DNA from: Aeromonas phage ZPAH1
Length of the DNA stretch: 24,000 nt
Reading direction: 5' to 3' (one strand)
Sequence record: MW272540.1
Within the stretch, counting starts at the first letter, position 1; each line of letters opens with the position of its first letter. A program made the position numbers and the translations under genes. Under the pieces are notes generated by a model. That model had not been told where the DNA came from. It searched no databases and saw only the letters and a list, made by a program, of their open reading frames with translations. Positions 1 through 8,157 of this stretch are shown here, piece after piece.

Positions 1-116
1 TAACAAGGGTAGGTGGACGGTTCCTGATAACCAACCACATCAAAGTTGATTTTCGATTTTAGTTCCTTATCGTCATTTACCAAAACATAACCTAGCTTGG
101 TGATATCTACATACAT
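1..116 (-). CDS. 5' part of an unidentified gene, truncated by the left window edge (MYVDITKLGYVLVNDDKELKSKINFDVVGYQEPSTYPC...)
   Basis: Hand translation: ATG at 116, open to the window edge; AAAGGA Shine-Dalgarno a few nt upstream. Confidence 0.65.
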   Translation of the reverse strand, partial: MYVDITKLGYVLVNDDKELKSKINFDVVGYQEPSTYPC

Positions 117-148
117 AAAATATTCCTTTTGTTAATTTTTACTTTTAA

Positions 149-177
149 AGTCTAAAATAAGTTTTTGATGATGTCAA
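149..177 (-). promoter_or_regulatory. Possible sigma70-like promoter for the left-edge gene
   Basis: Minus strand TTGACA (172-177), 17 nt spacer, TAGACT (149-154); it lies just downstream of a terminator. The -10 is weak. Confidence 0.35.
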
Positions 178-181
178 ACAA

Positions 182-204
182 AAAATCGCCCGAAGGCGAT
201 TTTT
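182..204 (-). terminator. Rho-independent terminator after the lysozyme-like gene
   Basis: Minus strand AAAAATCGCC-TTCG-GGCGATTTTTT: perfect stem, C(UUCG)G tetraloop, U tract; overlaps the stop codon. Confidence 0.85.
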
Positions 205-712
205 ATTTAATGCAATCACAGTTCCGAAGGAATCTAACGTTTTTGGCAACAGTTTCTACATAGGTCTTGTTAGACCCGTAACCTGCATTAAAACTCTCAA
301 CAACTTTTCTCCAATTCCCACCACGAACTTTTTTCCAATAATCTAGCTCCATTAAAGCATAGTTGGCTGAAGATTCCATAGAATTGATCAACTCATTTCT
401 CAACTTGATTCTAGACCTATAAGACATTTTAGAACCAGTCAACTGCTCAATTCTCTTAGTTGTGGATCTCAGGTTGTTTTGAAAAACACCATAATCACCA
501 CTTTTCTTATTAATTAGGTTGACTCCGGCACGGCTTTCTGTCAGGGCAATAGCCGCCAAGGTCAGACCGTAACCAGATTCATTACCAAGCTCGTAAGCCC
601 GTTGAATCGTGTAGATCTGATTTTCTGTCAACTCTTTATTTTCATATACCACTGCATTAGCAGTGAGCGAAGTAAGGGATAAAAGGACCCCAAAAAGTAA
701 ACCACTTTTCAT
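203..712 (-). CDS. Secreted lytic-transglycosylase/SLT-fold lysozyme-like protein with an N-terminal signal peptide
   Basis: N-terminal hydrophobic segment MKSGLLFGVLLSLTSLTANA; SLT-type motifs IALTESRAG, SGDYGVFQNN, ESFNAGYG. Confidence 0.75.
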   Translation of the reverse strand: MKSGLLFGVLLSLTSLTANAVVYENKELTENQIYTIQRAYELGNESGYGLTLAAIALTESRAGVNLINKKSGDYGVFQNNLRSTTKRIEQLTGSKMSYRSRIKLRNELINSMESSANYALMELDYWKKVRGGNWRKVVESFNAGYGSNKTYVETVAKNVRFLRNCDCIK

Positions 713-773
713 CTTCGAAAAATTCCTCTATTGGTGAATAAGTGGACTTCATAACTCAAAGAGCAAAAGCCCA

Positions 774-792
774 AGGTCTATTATTTAGACCT
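774..792 (-). other. Perfect 7-bp inverted repeat in the predicted 5' leader of the lysozyme-like gene
   Basis: AGGTCTA-TTATT-TAGACCT, between the late-type promoter and the start codon. Confidence 0.4.
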
Positions 793-876
793 ACCTAAAC
801 AGAGTATCACAAAAACAACATCAAAGTAAAGGTATTTTTAGTTTCACTTGCAATCAAACTATAAAGTTTCTATAAG

Positions 877-884
877 TATTTATA
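877..884 (-). promoter_or_regulatory. T4-type late promoter (TATAAATA)
   Basis: Plus strand tatttata in a 270-nt intergenic gap upstream of the late-class lysozyme-like gene. Confidence 0.65.
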
Positions 885-901
885 TAGAAGATCTATAATT
901 A

Positions 902-954
902 GAAAAACGATGAGCGAAGCGAATCCGCGTAGCGTGACTCACTTCGTTCGTCAT
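902..954 (-). terminator. Long imperfect terminator hairpin ending the 986-7120 gene block
   Basis: Minus strand ATGACGAACGAAGTGAGT / ATTCGCTTCGCTCATCGT arms (18 positions, 3 G-U, 2 A/C mismatches) followed by TTTTTC. Confidence 0.6.
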
Positions 955-985
955 TTAAGGGGTCTAGAATGCTCTATAACGAATT

Positions 986-1321
986 CTATATTAGGATAGT
1001 ACAATCCATAAGGTATGTCATATGAACGATTAATGTAGCCCCTTCAAGGTGGTATCCTTTGACGTATATATCTGATACTTGGTCTTCATATTGTTCGCTA
1101 ACAAGACTTTCAATAATTGAAAACGTGCCAATTATACTTTCTTTTACTAGGTCGATCTCTTCATCAGACAAAAGGAAGTGTAATTCTTCACAATACATCT
1201 TTGCTTTTTGGCCTTGTGTCCCATTAGTTACGCTGTTTGTGCATGGGTTAATATAGAATTCCGTGGAACCGACCAAATGCACAACAGTTTCATTAAACTG
1301 ATCAATAACCATGAGAACCAC
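986..1321 (-). CDS. Hypothetical protein; start may be internal at 1312 (ATG) rather than GTG
   Basis: ORF in a colinear gene array; AGGTGG before the internal ATG. Confidence 0.65.
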   Translation of the reverse strand: MVLMVIDQFNETVVHLVGSTEFYINPCTNSVTNGTQGQKAKMYCEELHFLLSDEEIDLVKESIIGTFSIIESLVSEQYEDQVSDIYVKGYHLEGATLIVHMTYLMDCTILI

Positions 1322-1589
1322 CTACAAAATTTTCTACCCGGATTTCATTGTAATCCAGTTTTGCAATAACACAACCACAAGATTCACAATTAGACAGTTC
1401 TTCCATGAGTGAATCTTTGTCTTTAGACGATCTTACCAAAGAATCAGCCTCATCTTCGCTAAGACGGAGAACGATAACAACTCCATCACTAACAGACGAC
1501 AGGGTGTTAATTACATCGATATTACTTGGTGGGATTACTTCCCAACCAGAAAAATCATAGTTCTTATTCAGTAAAATTTTAAGAAGCAT
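1302..1589 (-). CDS. Hypothetical protein with a CESCGC motif
   Basis: Colinear ORF, overlaps its neighbour. Confidence 0.65.
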   Translation of the reverse strand: MLLKILLNKNYDFSGWEVIPPSNIDVINTLSSVSDGVVIVLRLSEDEADSLVRSSKDKDSLMEELSNCESCGCVIAKLDYNEIRVENFVGGSHGY

Positions 1590-1592
1590 ATT

Positions 1593-2102
1593 TTATTCCC
1601 CAGTCATAGTTGCAACTTGTTCGATTACGCTGGCTGCCTTTTCGATAGACAGACCGGAAATGATGCAGTTGTTTTCTCGCCCAGTCTCATATTTAACTTT
1701 CATACCGGTATGTTTTGAAACTTGTTCCCCATTCATATCTGGATGGTGGAATCGAACGATAACATCAGAATCCAGAGTTCGACCCAATACGATATAAAAA
1801 TGGATATCTTTATATTTTACGTTCGGCATTGTTTTGTTTTTAAATACTTCCGCATCTGGTAGTTCTACCTTCAGAATATCGATGGCCGCAGGAACCAGTT
1901 CATTGAGTTCTGCTTCTCGTTGTTCTTTCTTGAGTTGCCGTTCGAATTTTTTCAAGCGATTTTCTACATCGATTTTAAGGTCATAGATAGATCCAAGCTC
2001 GGTCCCACTCGGTTTGTGGATGAACATACCATCTAGTTTCATGGTGACTTCTGACTGATTCCAACCGTATGCTTTACAAAAATCCGATAGTGTATGACTC
2101 AT
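1593..2102 (-). CDS. Hypothetical protein
   Basis: 169-aa ORF, colinear and tightly packed. Confidence 0.75.
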   Translation of the reverse strand: MSHTLSDFCKAYGWNQSEVTMKLDGMFIHKPSGTELGSIYDLKIDVENRLKKFERQLKKEQREAELNELVPAAIDILKVELPDAEVFKNKTMPNVKYKDIHFYIVLGRTLDSDVIVRFHHPDMNGEQVSKHTGMKVKYETGRENNCIISGLSIEKAASVIEQVATMTGE

Positions 2103-2136
2103 ATTTTATCCTCTGTGTTTTTATATAAACAGTCTA

Positions 2137-2514
2137 TCAAACCAAATCGCTGTTGGTCAACTCATTTTTAGACAATTCAACAATAATTTTTACTGGAATT
2201 GTGACCGTGTATACAGATTTTTTATCGGGGTCTTCTGATGACTTTTTAAAATCTATGTCAAATCCATTCTGTTCGAATTTTCCAAAAATGCTGGTGTATA
2301 CTGAATCTTGAATACTCTCAGGACATTTGGAAATTTCATTAATAAAATCGTTAACGTAGTTAGTTGTAAACGTTGTAGATGTTTTTCTGTTACGGATCAT
2401 ACCATCCGTAATACATTCGTAAATCGTATTTACAGTTTTTGTGATCTCTTGATTGCTTTTTGTCAAAATTTCTTTTGCAATATATGATGCGTTTACTTTA
2501 TCCATTTTCAACAT
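2137..2514 (-). CDS. Hypothetical protein; start possibly at 2505
   Basis: Colinear ORF; AAGGA before the MDKVNASY start. Confidence 0.7.
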   Translation of the reverse strand: MLKMDKVNASYIAKEILTKSNQEITKTVNTIYECITDGMIRNRKTSTTFTTNYVNDFINEISKCPESIQDSVYTSIFGKFEQNGFDIDFKKSSEDPDKKSVYTVTIPVKIIVELSKNELTNSDLV

Positions 2515-2517
2515 CCT

Positions 2518-2835
2518 TTATAAAATTAACAGGTCGTGTATTTTGATTTCACCAAATTCAACTTCGATGTTATCTTCTGCGTCGGGCCACCCAGATGAAG
2601 TTCGTACCCAAGCCCATTTGTGGGGTATGGAGATTATAACTAAAACCTCCTTGTTTTTCATCTCATCTGTATAAATTTCTTTCAAAATCTCTTCTGCAAA
2701 CTCATCACTGTAATTTTGAAAGTCTTCTACAGCACAACCGTGGTTTGTGTATTCTTTGGTGTCAAATGTCATAGTGACCTCAAAGTCATCTAAAACACCA
2801 TCTCCGATATATAATGTCATTTTGCTATAAATCAT
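2518..2835 (-). CDS. Hypothetical protein
   Basis: Colinear ORF. Confidence 0.7.
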   Translation of the reverse strand: MIYSKMTLYIGDGVLDDFEVTMTFDTKEYTNHGCAVEDFQNYSDEFAEEILKEIYTDEMKNKEVLVIISIPHKWAWVRTSSGWPDAEDNIEVEFGEIKIHDLLIL

Positions 2836-2836
2836 T

Positions 2837-3535
2837 TCAAAGACCTTTTCCTAAAAACCATGTCTGACACAATTTGAATTGGTTGATAACGTGAGCATAG
2901 GACCCTTTACCTGTGTAGGAATAGAAGAATCTGTCTTCTGTCACACTCCCGTATTTGGAAATCAGAGACTCCCAAAGTGCAATCGCCTTTTTCGTTGGCT
3001 TGTACTTCATATAAGCACCACTTGGTGCCTTTACTTCGGTATTATTTTTTGCAAACTTCAAAATCTGATCAGTAACCAGATGTTTGTATGCAGATGGTAC
3101 GTCATCCATCACATCAAGAGTTCGACCACTACCAACTTTACATACCCGCAGTGTGTGATAAGTTGCACCTTTACAACCAAGAGACATAGCAATTTTTCGC
3201 CAAGTATTATCGTGTCCTGATTTATCACGATTAACATAATCTACAAGGTGAGCGATTTCGTGAGGGATTGTTTCATTGTAGATATGCTCCCATGCTCTTT
3301 CACAAGAAACCATCAGATCGAGGTTGATCTTGATATAATATTCTTTGGAAGATTGCAATATACCATTAACAACATTCATTTTGGACCGGTATCCGGCTCG
3401 GCCTGCTGACCTACCTTTACAGGTGGAAAACTTGTATTTGAACCCTTCCATCTGTGGGTAGATTTTTATGGCCTGCTCCATTACTACATTAATGCGGTCC
3501 AAAACAAGCTTTTCTGCAATGGCCTTCAAATTCAT
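2837..3535 (-). CDS. SprT-like zinc metalloprotease domain protein
   Basis: NETIPHEIAHLVDYVN (HExxH) followed by GHDNTWRKIAMSLGC, the SprT-type arrangement. Confidence 0.8.
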   Translation of the reverse strand: MNLKAIAEKLVLDRINVVMEQAIKIYPQMEGFKYKFSTCKGRSAGRAGYRSKMNVVNGILQSSKEYYIKINLDLMVSCERAWEHIYNETIPHEIAHLVDYVNRDKSGHDNTWRKIAMSLGCKGATYHTLRVCKVGSGRTLDVMDDVPSAYKHLVTDQILKFAKNNTEVKAPSGAYMKYKPTKKAIALWESLISKYGSVTEDRFFYSYTGKGSYAHVINQFKLCQTWFLGKGL

Positions 3536-3599
3536 AATTTCTCTCCATATCTCTTAGTCAACACAGACGTCATAACACAGAGAGAAATCAATGCAAGCA

Positions 3600-4232
3600 C
3601 TATTTTTTATAAATTTGAAAACTTGGTTGGCGACATTCGCTTTCTTCGTCTCGGGTTTCGTTAGAGATAATGATTGAGACTACACCGTCCCTAGGGTAAC
3701 CTTTAAAAGCCTTTACCCGCCCATGACAAAGCTCGCTACCAGACCCATATCTGGTATTGATGTACAACACAAGATCCCCGATTTCTATAGAACGACCGTC
3801 GATGTCTTTTGCAGAGAGTTCCATCGATTCACGTTCTTTCTTAGGGTCATACCGAACTAGAACTTCTTCAATTTTTTCACCTTCATCCGGTATAATAACA
3901 TAACAGGATTTTGACATTAAAGTAAATTTAGGATTATTTTTCTTACCTACCCATTTTAGACGACCATTAACGTAATATTTTGAATTATATGACGTTTCTC
4001 TAGAATATGTCCTCCAATATAGAGTTTTGTGATTATCAAATTCCCCATCAGCTGGTATGAATTTTGCAACACTACCCGTATAATCCCCACTAGTTACATA
4101 AATGTAACAATATCCATGTTGTTTTATGTGTTCAACAACCCTGACCATGTTTATATATTCTTCACTTTCCAAAAGTGATGACTCTTTTCCTAAAAATGAA
4201 CCATATACTCCAAACTTCGTTATCTTTTCCAT
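3600..4232 (-). CDS. Hypothetical protein with a C-terminal SH3/KOW-like segment (GRSIEIGDLVLY...CHGRV)
   Basis: 210-aa ORF; the domain suggestion is by pattern only. Confidence 0.7.
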   Translation of the reverse strand: MEKITKFGVYGSFLGKESSLLESEEYINMVRVVEHIKQHGYCYIYVTSGDYTGSVAKFIPADGEFDNHKTLYWRTYSRETSYNSKYYVNGRLKWVGKKNNPKFTLMSKSCYVIIPDEGEKIEEVLVRYDPKKERESMELSAKDIDGRSIEIGDLVLYINTRYGSGSELCHGRVKAFKGYPRDGVVSIIISNETRDEESECRQPSFQIYKK

Positions 4233-4567
4233 TACATAGTTACCTTTTCGATTACATCGAAAAATTCAGCATCGTTTGGAATCACCAATGAAATTTCGGG
4301 TTCTTCTGTATCAAAACATTGATATACCGGGTCGAAATAAAAGTCCCAGATCTGATCTGTTGGTCCAAAAAAGAGGGTATATGGATCTTTCTCTTTTTGT
4401 GTGTTGCTACTGAAAGTGATTGTGATATTACACTTTTCGTAGTCTGTGTTTTTGATATCATTCATAACTTCAGTATAATAATCAATCGCATTGTATATAG
4501 ATTGGATATGATCCAGTTTGTGTTGTTCAGATTTATATTTCAGAACTAACTTATGACGTCGCATCAT
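4232..4567 (-). CDS. Hypothetical protein
   Basis: Colinear ORF; shares the stop/start junction at 4232. Confidence 0.7.
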   Translation of the reverse strand: MMRRHKLVLKYKSEQHKLDHIQSIYNAIDYYTEVMNDIKNTDYEKCNITITFSSNTQKEKDPYTLFFGPTDQIWDFYFDPVYQCFDTEEPEISLVIPNDAEFFDVIEKVTM

Positions 4568-4839
4568 TTTTTAAATCCCAATTCTTTTATGTATTGATCC
4601 TTGACGTATTTGTCGAGGGTTTCATGATCGATACCATGCATAAATTGCTCTAATGATCCTGTAGAAAATATAACAAGATTATCAATAAAATGCAATGTAT
4701 CTTGGAAATTCTTGTAAAGTTGACCTTTCGCCAAGCTTACAATGAATTTTGATAAATTTTCTATATCCGGTTCCATGTTGTGGATATAAATTTGCACAAC
4801 CCTTCGGGATTGTGCTTTGTTTAATCGAAAATCACTCAT
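4564..4839 (-). CDS. Hypothetical protein
   Basis: Colinear ORF; 4-nt overlap with its neighbour. Confidence 0.7.
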   Translation of the reverse strand: MSDFRLNKAQSRRVVQIYIHNMEPDIENLSKFIVSLAKGQLYKNFQDTLHFIDNLVIFSTGSLEQFMHGIDHETLDKYVKDQYIKELGFKK

Positions 4840-5071
4840 TTGGAATATATCCGAGTTCGTCTAGCATTTTACATGCACTATATATTGTTAGCATATAAAA
4901 TGCAACTTCAACCGGGATACCATGAACAGTTGTTTTATAAACAACGTCTTTTAGCATACCGGGAAGATTGTTATCATAGATATCTTTTAGCGGGTCTTCC
5001 AAATGTCTGACTTGTGGATTAGCAGCCTTATATACGATATTTGTGATGTTCGCAACTTCAGTCCATTTCAT
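4832..5071 (-). CDS. Hypothetical protein
   Basis: Colinear ORF, overlapping the next gene by 8 nt. Confidence 0.7.
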   Translation of the reverse strand: MKWTEVANITNIVYKAANPQVRHLEDPLKDIYDNNLPGMLKDVVYKTTVHGIPVEVAFYMLTIYSACKMLDELGYIPNE

Positions 5072-5242
5072 TTAAATCATCTCCAAATCTGCATCATGAT
5101 GGATCTCTACGGGTTTATCGCAAAAATCACAAGTCGTCTTTCTTCCTCGTGGGTCCACAAACCAACCGTCAATTTCTTTTTTGCAATGTGGGCATACCAC
5201 ATAAATACCAGATAATCTTACACCAACTTCAGTTACTTTCAT
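5072..5242 (-). CDS. Small zinc-ribbon-like protein (56 aa), not in the supplied ORF track
   Basis: Hand translation MKVTEVGVRLSGIYVVCPHCKKEIDGWFVDPRGRKTTCDFCDKPVEIHHDADLEMI*; two CxxC knuckles; exactly fills the gap between neighbours. Confidence 0.75.
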   Translation of the reverse strand: MKVTEVGVRLSGIYVVCPHCKKEIDGWFVDPRGRKTTCDFCDKPVEIHHDADLEMI

Positions 5243-5523
5243 TTTGTAAATCCAAATTTAGCTATTTCATTAACCAGTCTATTGTGAAATTCTTTAAAAT
5301 TAACAGAATCTCCATACGTAGGCCACTCACATTCTAAGAAAAATCTAGCCAACACGTTTAGTGTTTCTTCCCGTTCAATTGTATCCATTCCCCACTTTTC
5401 AATACCATCCAATAGATCAAAATTTTTCCGATAGATTATTTCAACCTTATCAACCGGAATAGATATACCCGCATATTTCTGTAAAGTATCAGAAATTTTT
5501 TGATAAATTTTCATTTTATACAA
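5239..5523 (-). CDS. Hypothetical protein; start possibly the internal MKIYQK
   Basis: Colinear ORF. Confidence 0.7.
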   Translation of the reverse strand: MYKMKIYQKISDTLQKYAGISIPVDKVEIIYRKNFDLLDGIEKWGMDTIEREETLNVLARFFLECEWPTYGDSVNFKEFHNRLVNEIAKFGFTK

Positions 5524-6097
5524 ACCCCTTTAATGTTTCAACCATAGCATACCCATGCCAAGTTACTTCTGCAAGCTCTTTTTCATACTTTTTGATATTT
5601 TCTTTGGTAAACCAATACTCGTTTCTGTCCTTCTCTAACACGTTCACCCCGACATTTTCAAGCCGTTCAAAATAGGTTTTACAACAGAATGGAATGAACC
5701 CACGTTTCAACCACACAACCCGACCATCCATAATCGCAGAAGTGAAAACTTTTTTAATTCTCAGTTCTTCACAAATTGCAACAGAACAGGCTAACATCTC
5801 GTTAACCAATCCTTTACCTTTAAACTCATCACTGAGTACAAAGGTATCATGTTCATAATACCCAGTATGAAGGTTGATACAACGGATCATACTGAGTTTA
5901 CCAACACAGGACAAAGAAAATTCGTAGCTAGATCCTTCCTCTTTAGTGACAAGAAGTTCCATACGATGGCCCATCTCTGTACCAGAAATTTCTATGGCTT
6001 TTGCCGCGAATTTCATAAAATGCTTGACAATTATGTTAACCATCTTGCATGGAACAAAGCCGTTTTCGTCATCATAGTTTTCGTATGCAACTTTCAT
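5516..6097 (-). CDS. GNAT-like N-acetyltransferase
   Basis: LSDEFKGKGLVNEMLACSVAICEELRIKKVFTSAIMDGRVVWLKRGF resembles the GNAT acetyl-CoA-binding region and the following strand. Confidence 0.6.
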   Translation of the reverse strand: MKVAYENYDDENGFVPCKMVNIIVKHFMKFAAKAIEISGTEMGHRMELLVTKEEGSSYEFSLSCVGKLSMIRCINLHTGYYEHDTFVLSDEFKGKGLVNEMLACSVAICEELRIKKVFTSAIMDGRVVWLKRGFIPFCCKTYFERLENVGVNVLEKDRNEYWFTKENIKKYEKELAEVTWHGYAMVETLKGFV

Positions 6098-6151
6098 CGT
6101 ACTACCTCGGAAAAGTTTATATCCATAATTCTACACGACTTGTTTTGAAAG

Positions 6152-6415
6152 TCAACTATAATCGAACAAAAATTCTTTTACTTCGTCAGGTTTGAAAACC
6201 AAATCACCTTCAGTTTGAAAATACCAGTTGTTTGCATGACCTTGTTCCCAGTTCAAGGTAACAAGAAACACATCTTTATAACATGGTGCAGAACCCGATT
6301 CTTTGGTTCGGATCACCAATTGTGCGTCGTATTCCATGTAAATGGATTCACACATGTATTCTCGAAAAGGTTTCCATCCCAGAGAATCGTAATATTCGTT
6401 CATATCCATGGTCAT
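6152..6415 (-). CDS. Hypothetical protein (MTMDMNEYYDSLGWKPF...); start trimmed from the 6442 ORF-track start
   Basis: The ATG at 6415 overlaps the stop of the upstream tiny ORF (ATGA), implying translational coupling. Confidence 0.65.
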   Translation of the reverse strand: MTMDMNEYYDSLGWKPFREYMCESIYMEYDAQLVIRTKESGSAPCYKDVFLVTLNWEQGHANNWYFQTEGDLVFKPDEVKEFLFDYS

Positions 6416-6525
6416 TCCTCTTCTTCTGTACAGTATTCGCATACATCATCGATACCCCCATCAAGGGCACCACCACATTCTGGACAAAAACACACTGGTT
6501 GATAAATGATATCGATGATTTCCAT
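6412..6525 (-). CDS. Tiny zinc-ribbon-like ORF (37 aa), not in the supplied ORF track
   Basis: Hand translation MEIIDIIYQPVCFCPECGGALDGGIDDVCEYCTEEEE*; CPEC...CEYC; fills the gap between neighbours. Confidence 0.6.
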   Translation of the reverse strand: MEIIDIIYQPVCFCPECGGALDGGIDDVCEYCTEEEE

Positions 6526-6527
6526 AA

Positions 6528-6824
6528 TTATTTCCTCATTGACATAATTAGTTCGATTATCACTCGTTCACCGTCAGCTTGCTTGATCAGATTATCCGCT
6601 TGCCAACGATAACTTGATTCCGTATCTACACAACGAGAATACACTTTAGAAAGCCATTGGTCAATACCTTTCTTGTAAGTTTTTTCGTAGTCGTTACATT
6701 GACCTAGTTCTATGAAATTTCCATCAATTTCTGTGACCAAGTGGTATCGTCCACAATAGACCACTGAGAAGCACCCGAGTTGGTCTATTGGTTTTGAGTG
6801 GTCCATATGCTGATAAATCTTCAT
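6528..6824 (-). CDS. Hypothetical protein
   Basis: Colinear ORF. Confidence 0.7.
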   Translation of the reverse strand: MKIYQHMDHSKPIDQLGCFSVVYCGRYHLVTEIDGNFIELGQCNDYEKTYKKGIDQWLSKVYSRCVDTESSYRWQADNLIKQADGERVIIELIMSMRK

Positions 6825-7120
6825 TCTTCGATAACCTCACAACACACGCGACCCTCGTTGATATCTTCTGGTATAAAAAGGTTCATTCCAGCACCGTAAT
6901 ATTTCCCATTAAATTTTGTCCTTATCATCCCATCGGAATATGAATAGGTTTCAAGTTTTTTATCCGACTCGAAATCGTATTTCACACCAACACGGATATC
7001 TTGAAGGTAAGGAATGATAATTTTACATGATTCCAATTCTTCCTCATCAATAAACCGAATCATTTCTGCTTTTTGTTCTTCTGATGCAAACCAGATTTTA
7101 TAACTAAACATATCTACCAT
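6821..7120 (-). CDS. Hypothetical protein
   Basis: Colinear ORF; 4-nt overlap. Confidence 0.65.
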   Translation of the reverse strand: MVDMFSYKIWFASEEQKAEMIRFIDEEELESCKIIIPYLQDIRVGVKYDFESDKKLETYSYSDGMIRTKFNGKYYGAGMNLFIPEDINEGRVCCEVIEE

Positions 7121-7133
7121 ATTAATTCCTTAA

Positions 7134-7161
7134 AACGAAAAGGGAACCCCGAAGGATTCCC
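7134..7161 (-). terminator. Rho-independent terminator downstream of the DEDDy nuclease gene
   Basis: Minus strand GGGAATCC-TTCG-GGGTTCCC (one G-U pair) then TTTTCGTTTT. Confidence 0.75.
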
Positions 7162-7170
7162 GTAACTTCA

Positions 7171-8127
7171 TTATACTTCTCTAGCATTAGTCAATAGGTT
7201 TTGTGACTTTTGACGAGAGATTTGGTTTTTACGACCACGCCAATGTTTACCACAATCTGTACATTTGTACTGTTTGAATTTACTGACTTCAGTATATGCA
7301 AATCCAGCATCTTCAAATTCATGACTACCACAAGTACATGTGAATTTATCCGAATCTGTATACAGGGAGAAATTCGGGAGACGGTCAGACCAAGGAGCCA
7401 ATTTAATATACAGCTCTTGAAGGGAAACAATATCATCAATATTGTAATCTTTCATTTCATCCCATGCTTCAATATTCCCAGCCATACATTCCTTCCAAAG
7501 CTCGAAACCGGGGAATTTATTATGTTTCGATTTTTTGGTTTCTGTGCATAGTTGGTCTGTCATATATTCAAGCTTACGAGATGTAAACCCAAATGTGCGT
7601 TTTGCGATCTCCATCGTATCGATGTGTCTGATACCAGAGAATGGTTTCATACCATGGATAATCATACGAGCGCGAATTTTTGGTACGTCGAACCGACGAC
7701 CGTTTTGATGGATAACAATATCGGCTTCGTCAAGAAGTTCCCAAAGAACTTTAAGCATATTGGAATCATCGGTAATATCGTTTTCAGCTCTCTGATCCAT
7801 ATAAATGATATCTTCACTATCAAACCATTTTGCAGCAAAACTAAGCAAATGCCAATCTTGTTGAATTTGATTCAGACCTACGTTTTCTTTGAAAAGTCGC
7901 CATACGTTTGCGAGAATTGGTGCAGTTTCAATATCAAGAAGCAATACACGAGGACCCGTTTTGAGGTCGTCGATAATATCGTTTTCCTTCATATATCGTT
8001 CATAGTAATAATTTACAGAAGATTTAGAGATACCTAGAGCCTTGGCAATAGACCGTGATCCCATCTTCTTATTTTCCTTCATGTCAACAATTTGACCAAT
8101 CAGGCTGTTATAATTCTTAACGGACAT
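7171..8127 (-). CDS. N-terminal HTH + DEDDy 3'-5' exonuclease/RNase H-like domain + C-terminal zinc ribbon
   Basis: HTH GSRSIAKALGISKSSVNYYYERY; ExoI VLLLDIETAP; ExoII VIHQNGRRFDVPKI; ExoIII DYNIDDIVSL (YxxxD); zinc ribbon CTCGSHEF...CTDCGKHW. Confidence 0.75.
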   Translation of the reverse strand: MSVKNYNSLIGQIVDMKENKKMGSRSIAKALGISKSSVNYYYERYMKENDIIDDLKTGPRVLLLDIETAPILANVWRLFKENVGLNQIQQDWHLLSFAAKWFDSEDIIYMDQRAENDITDDSNMLKVLWELLDEADIVIHQNGRRFDVPKIRARMIIHGMKPFSGIRHIDTMEIAKRTFGFTSRKLEYMTDQLCTETKKSKHNKFPGFELWKECMAGNIEAWDEMKDYNIDDIVSLQELYIKLAPWSDRLPNFSLYTDSDKFTCTCGSHEFEDAGFAYTEVSKFKQYKCTDCGKHWRGRKNQISRQKSQNLLTNAREV

Positions 8128-8157
8128 TCTTTATACCTTTCTTTTTGAATATGTATC

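Noticed and set aside
713-985. tRNA or small RNA gene in the largest intergenic gap
   Set aside because: No cloverleaf or CCA-type acceptor pairing seen; the features found there are a late promoter, a leader hairpin and a terminator.
7191-7439. Minus-strand out-of-frame ORFs nested in larger genes (7191-7439, 10182-10388, 13988-14281, 19220-19414, 21838-22113, 22489-22731)
   Set aside because: Each overlaps a strong CDS in another frame (nuclease, rIIA, topoisomerase, gp41, uvsX), with no domain or regulatory support.
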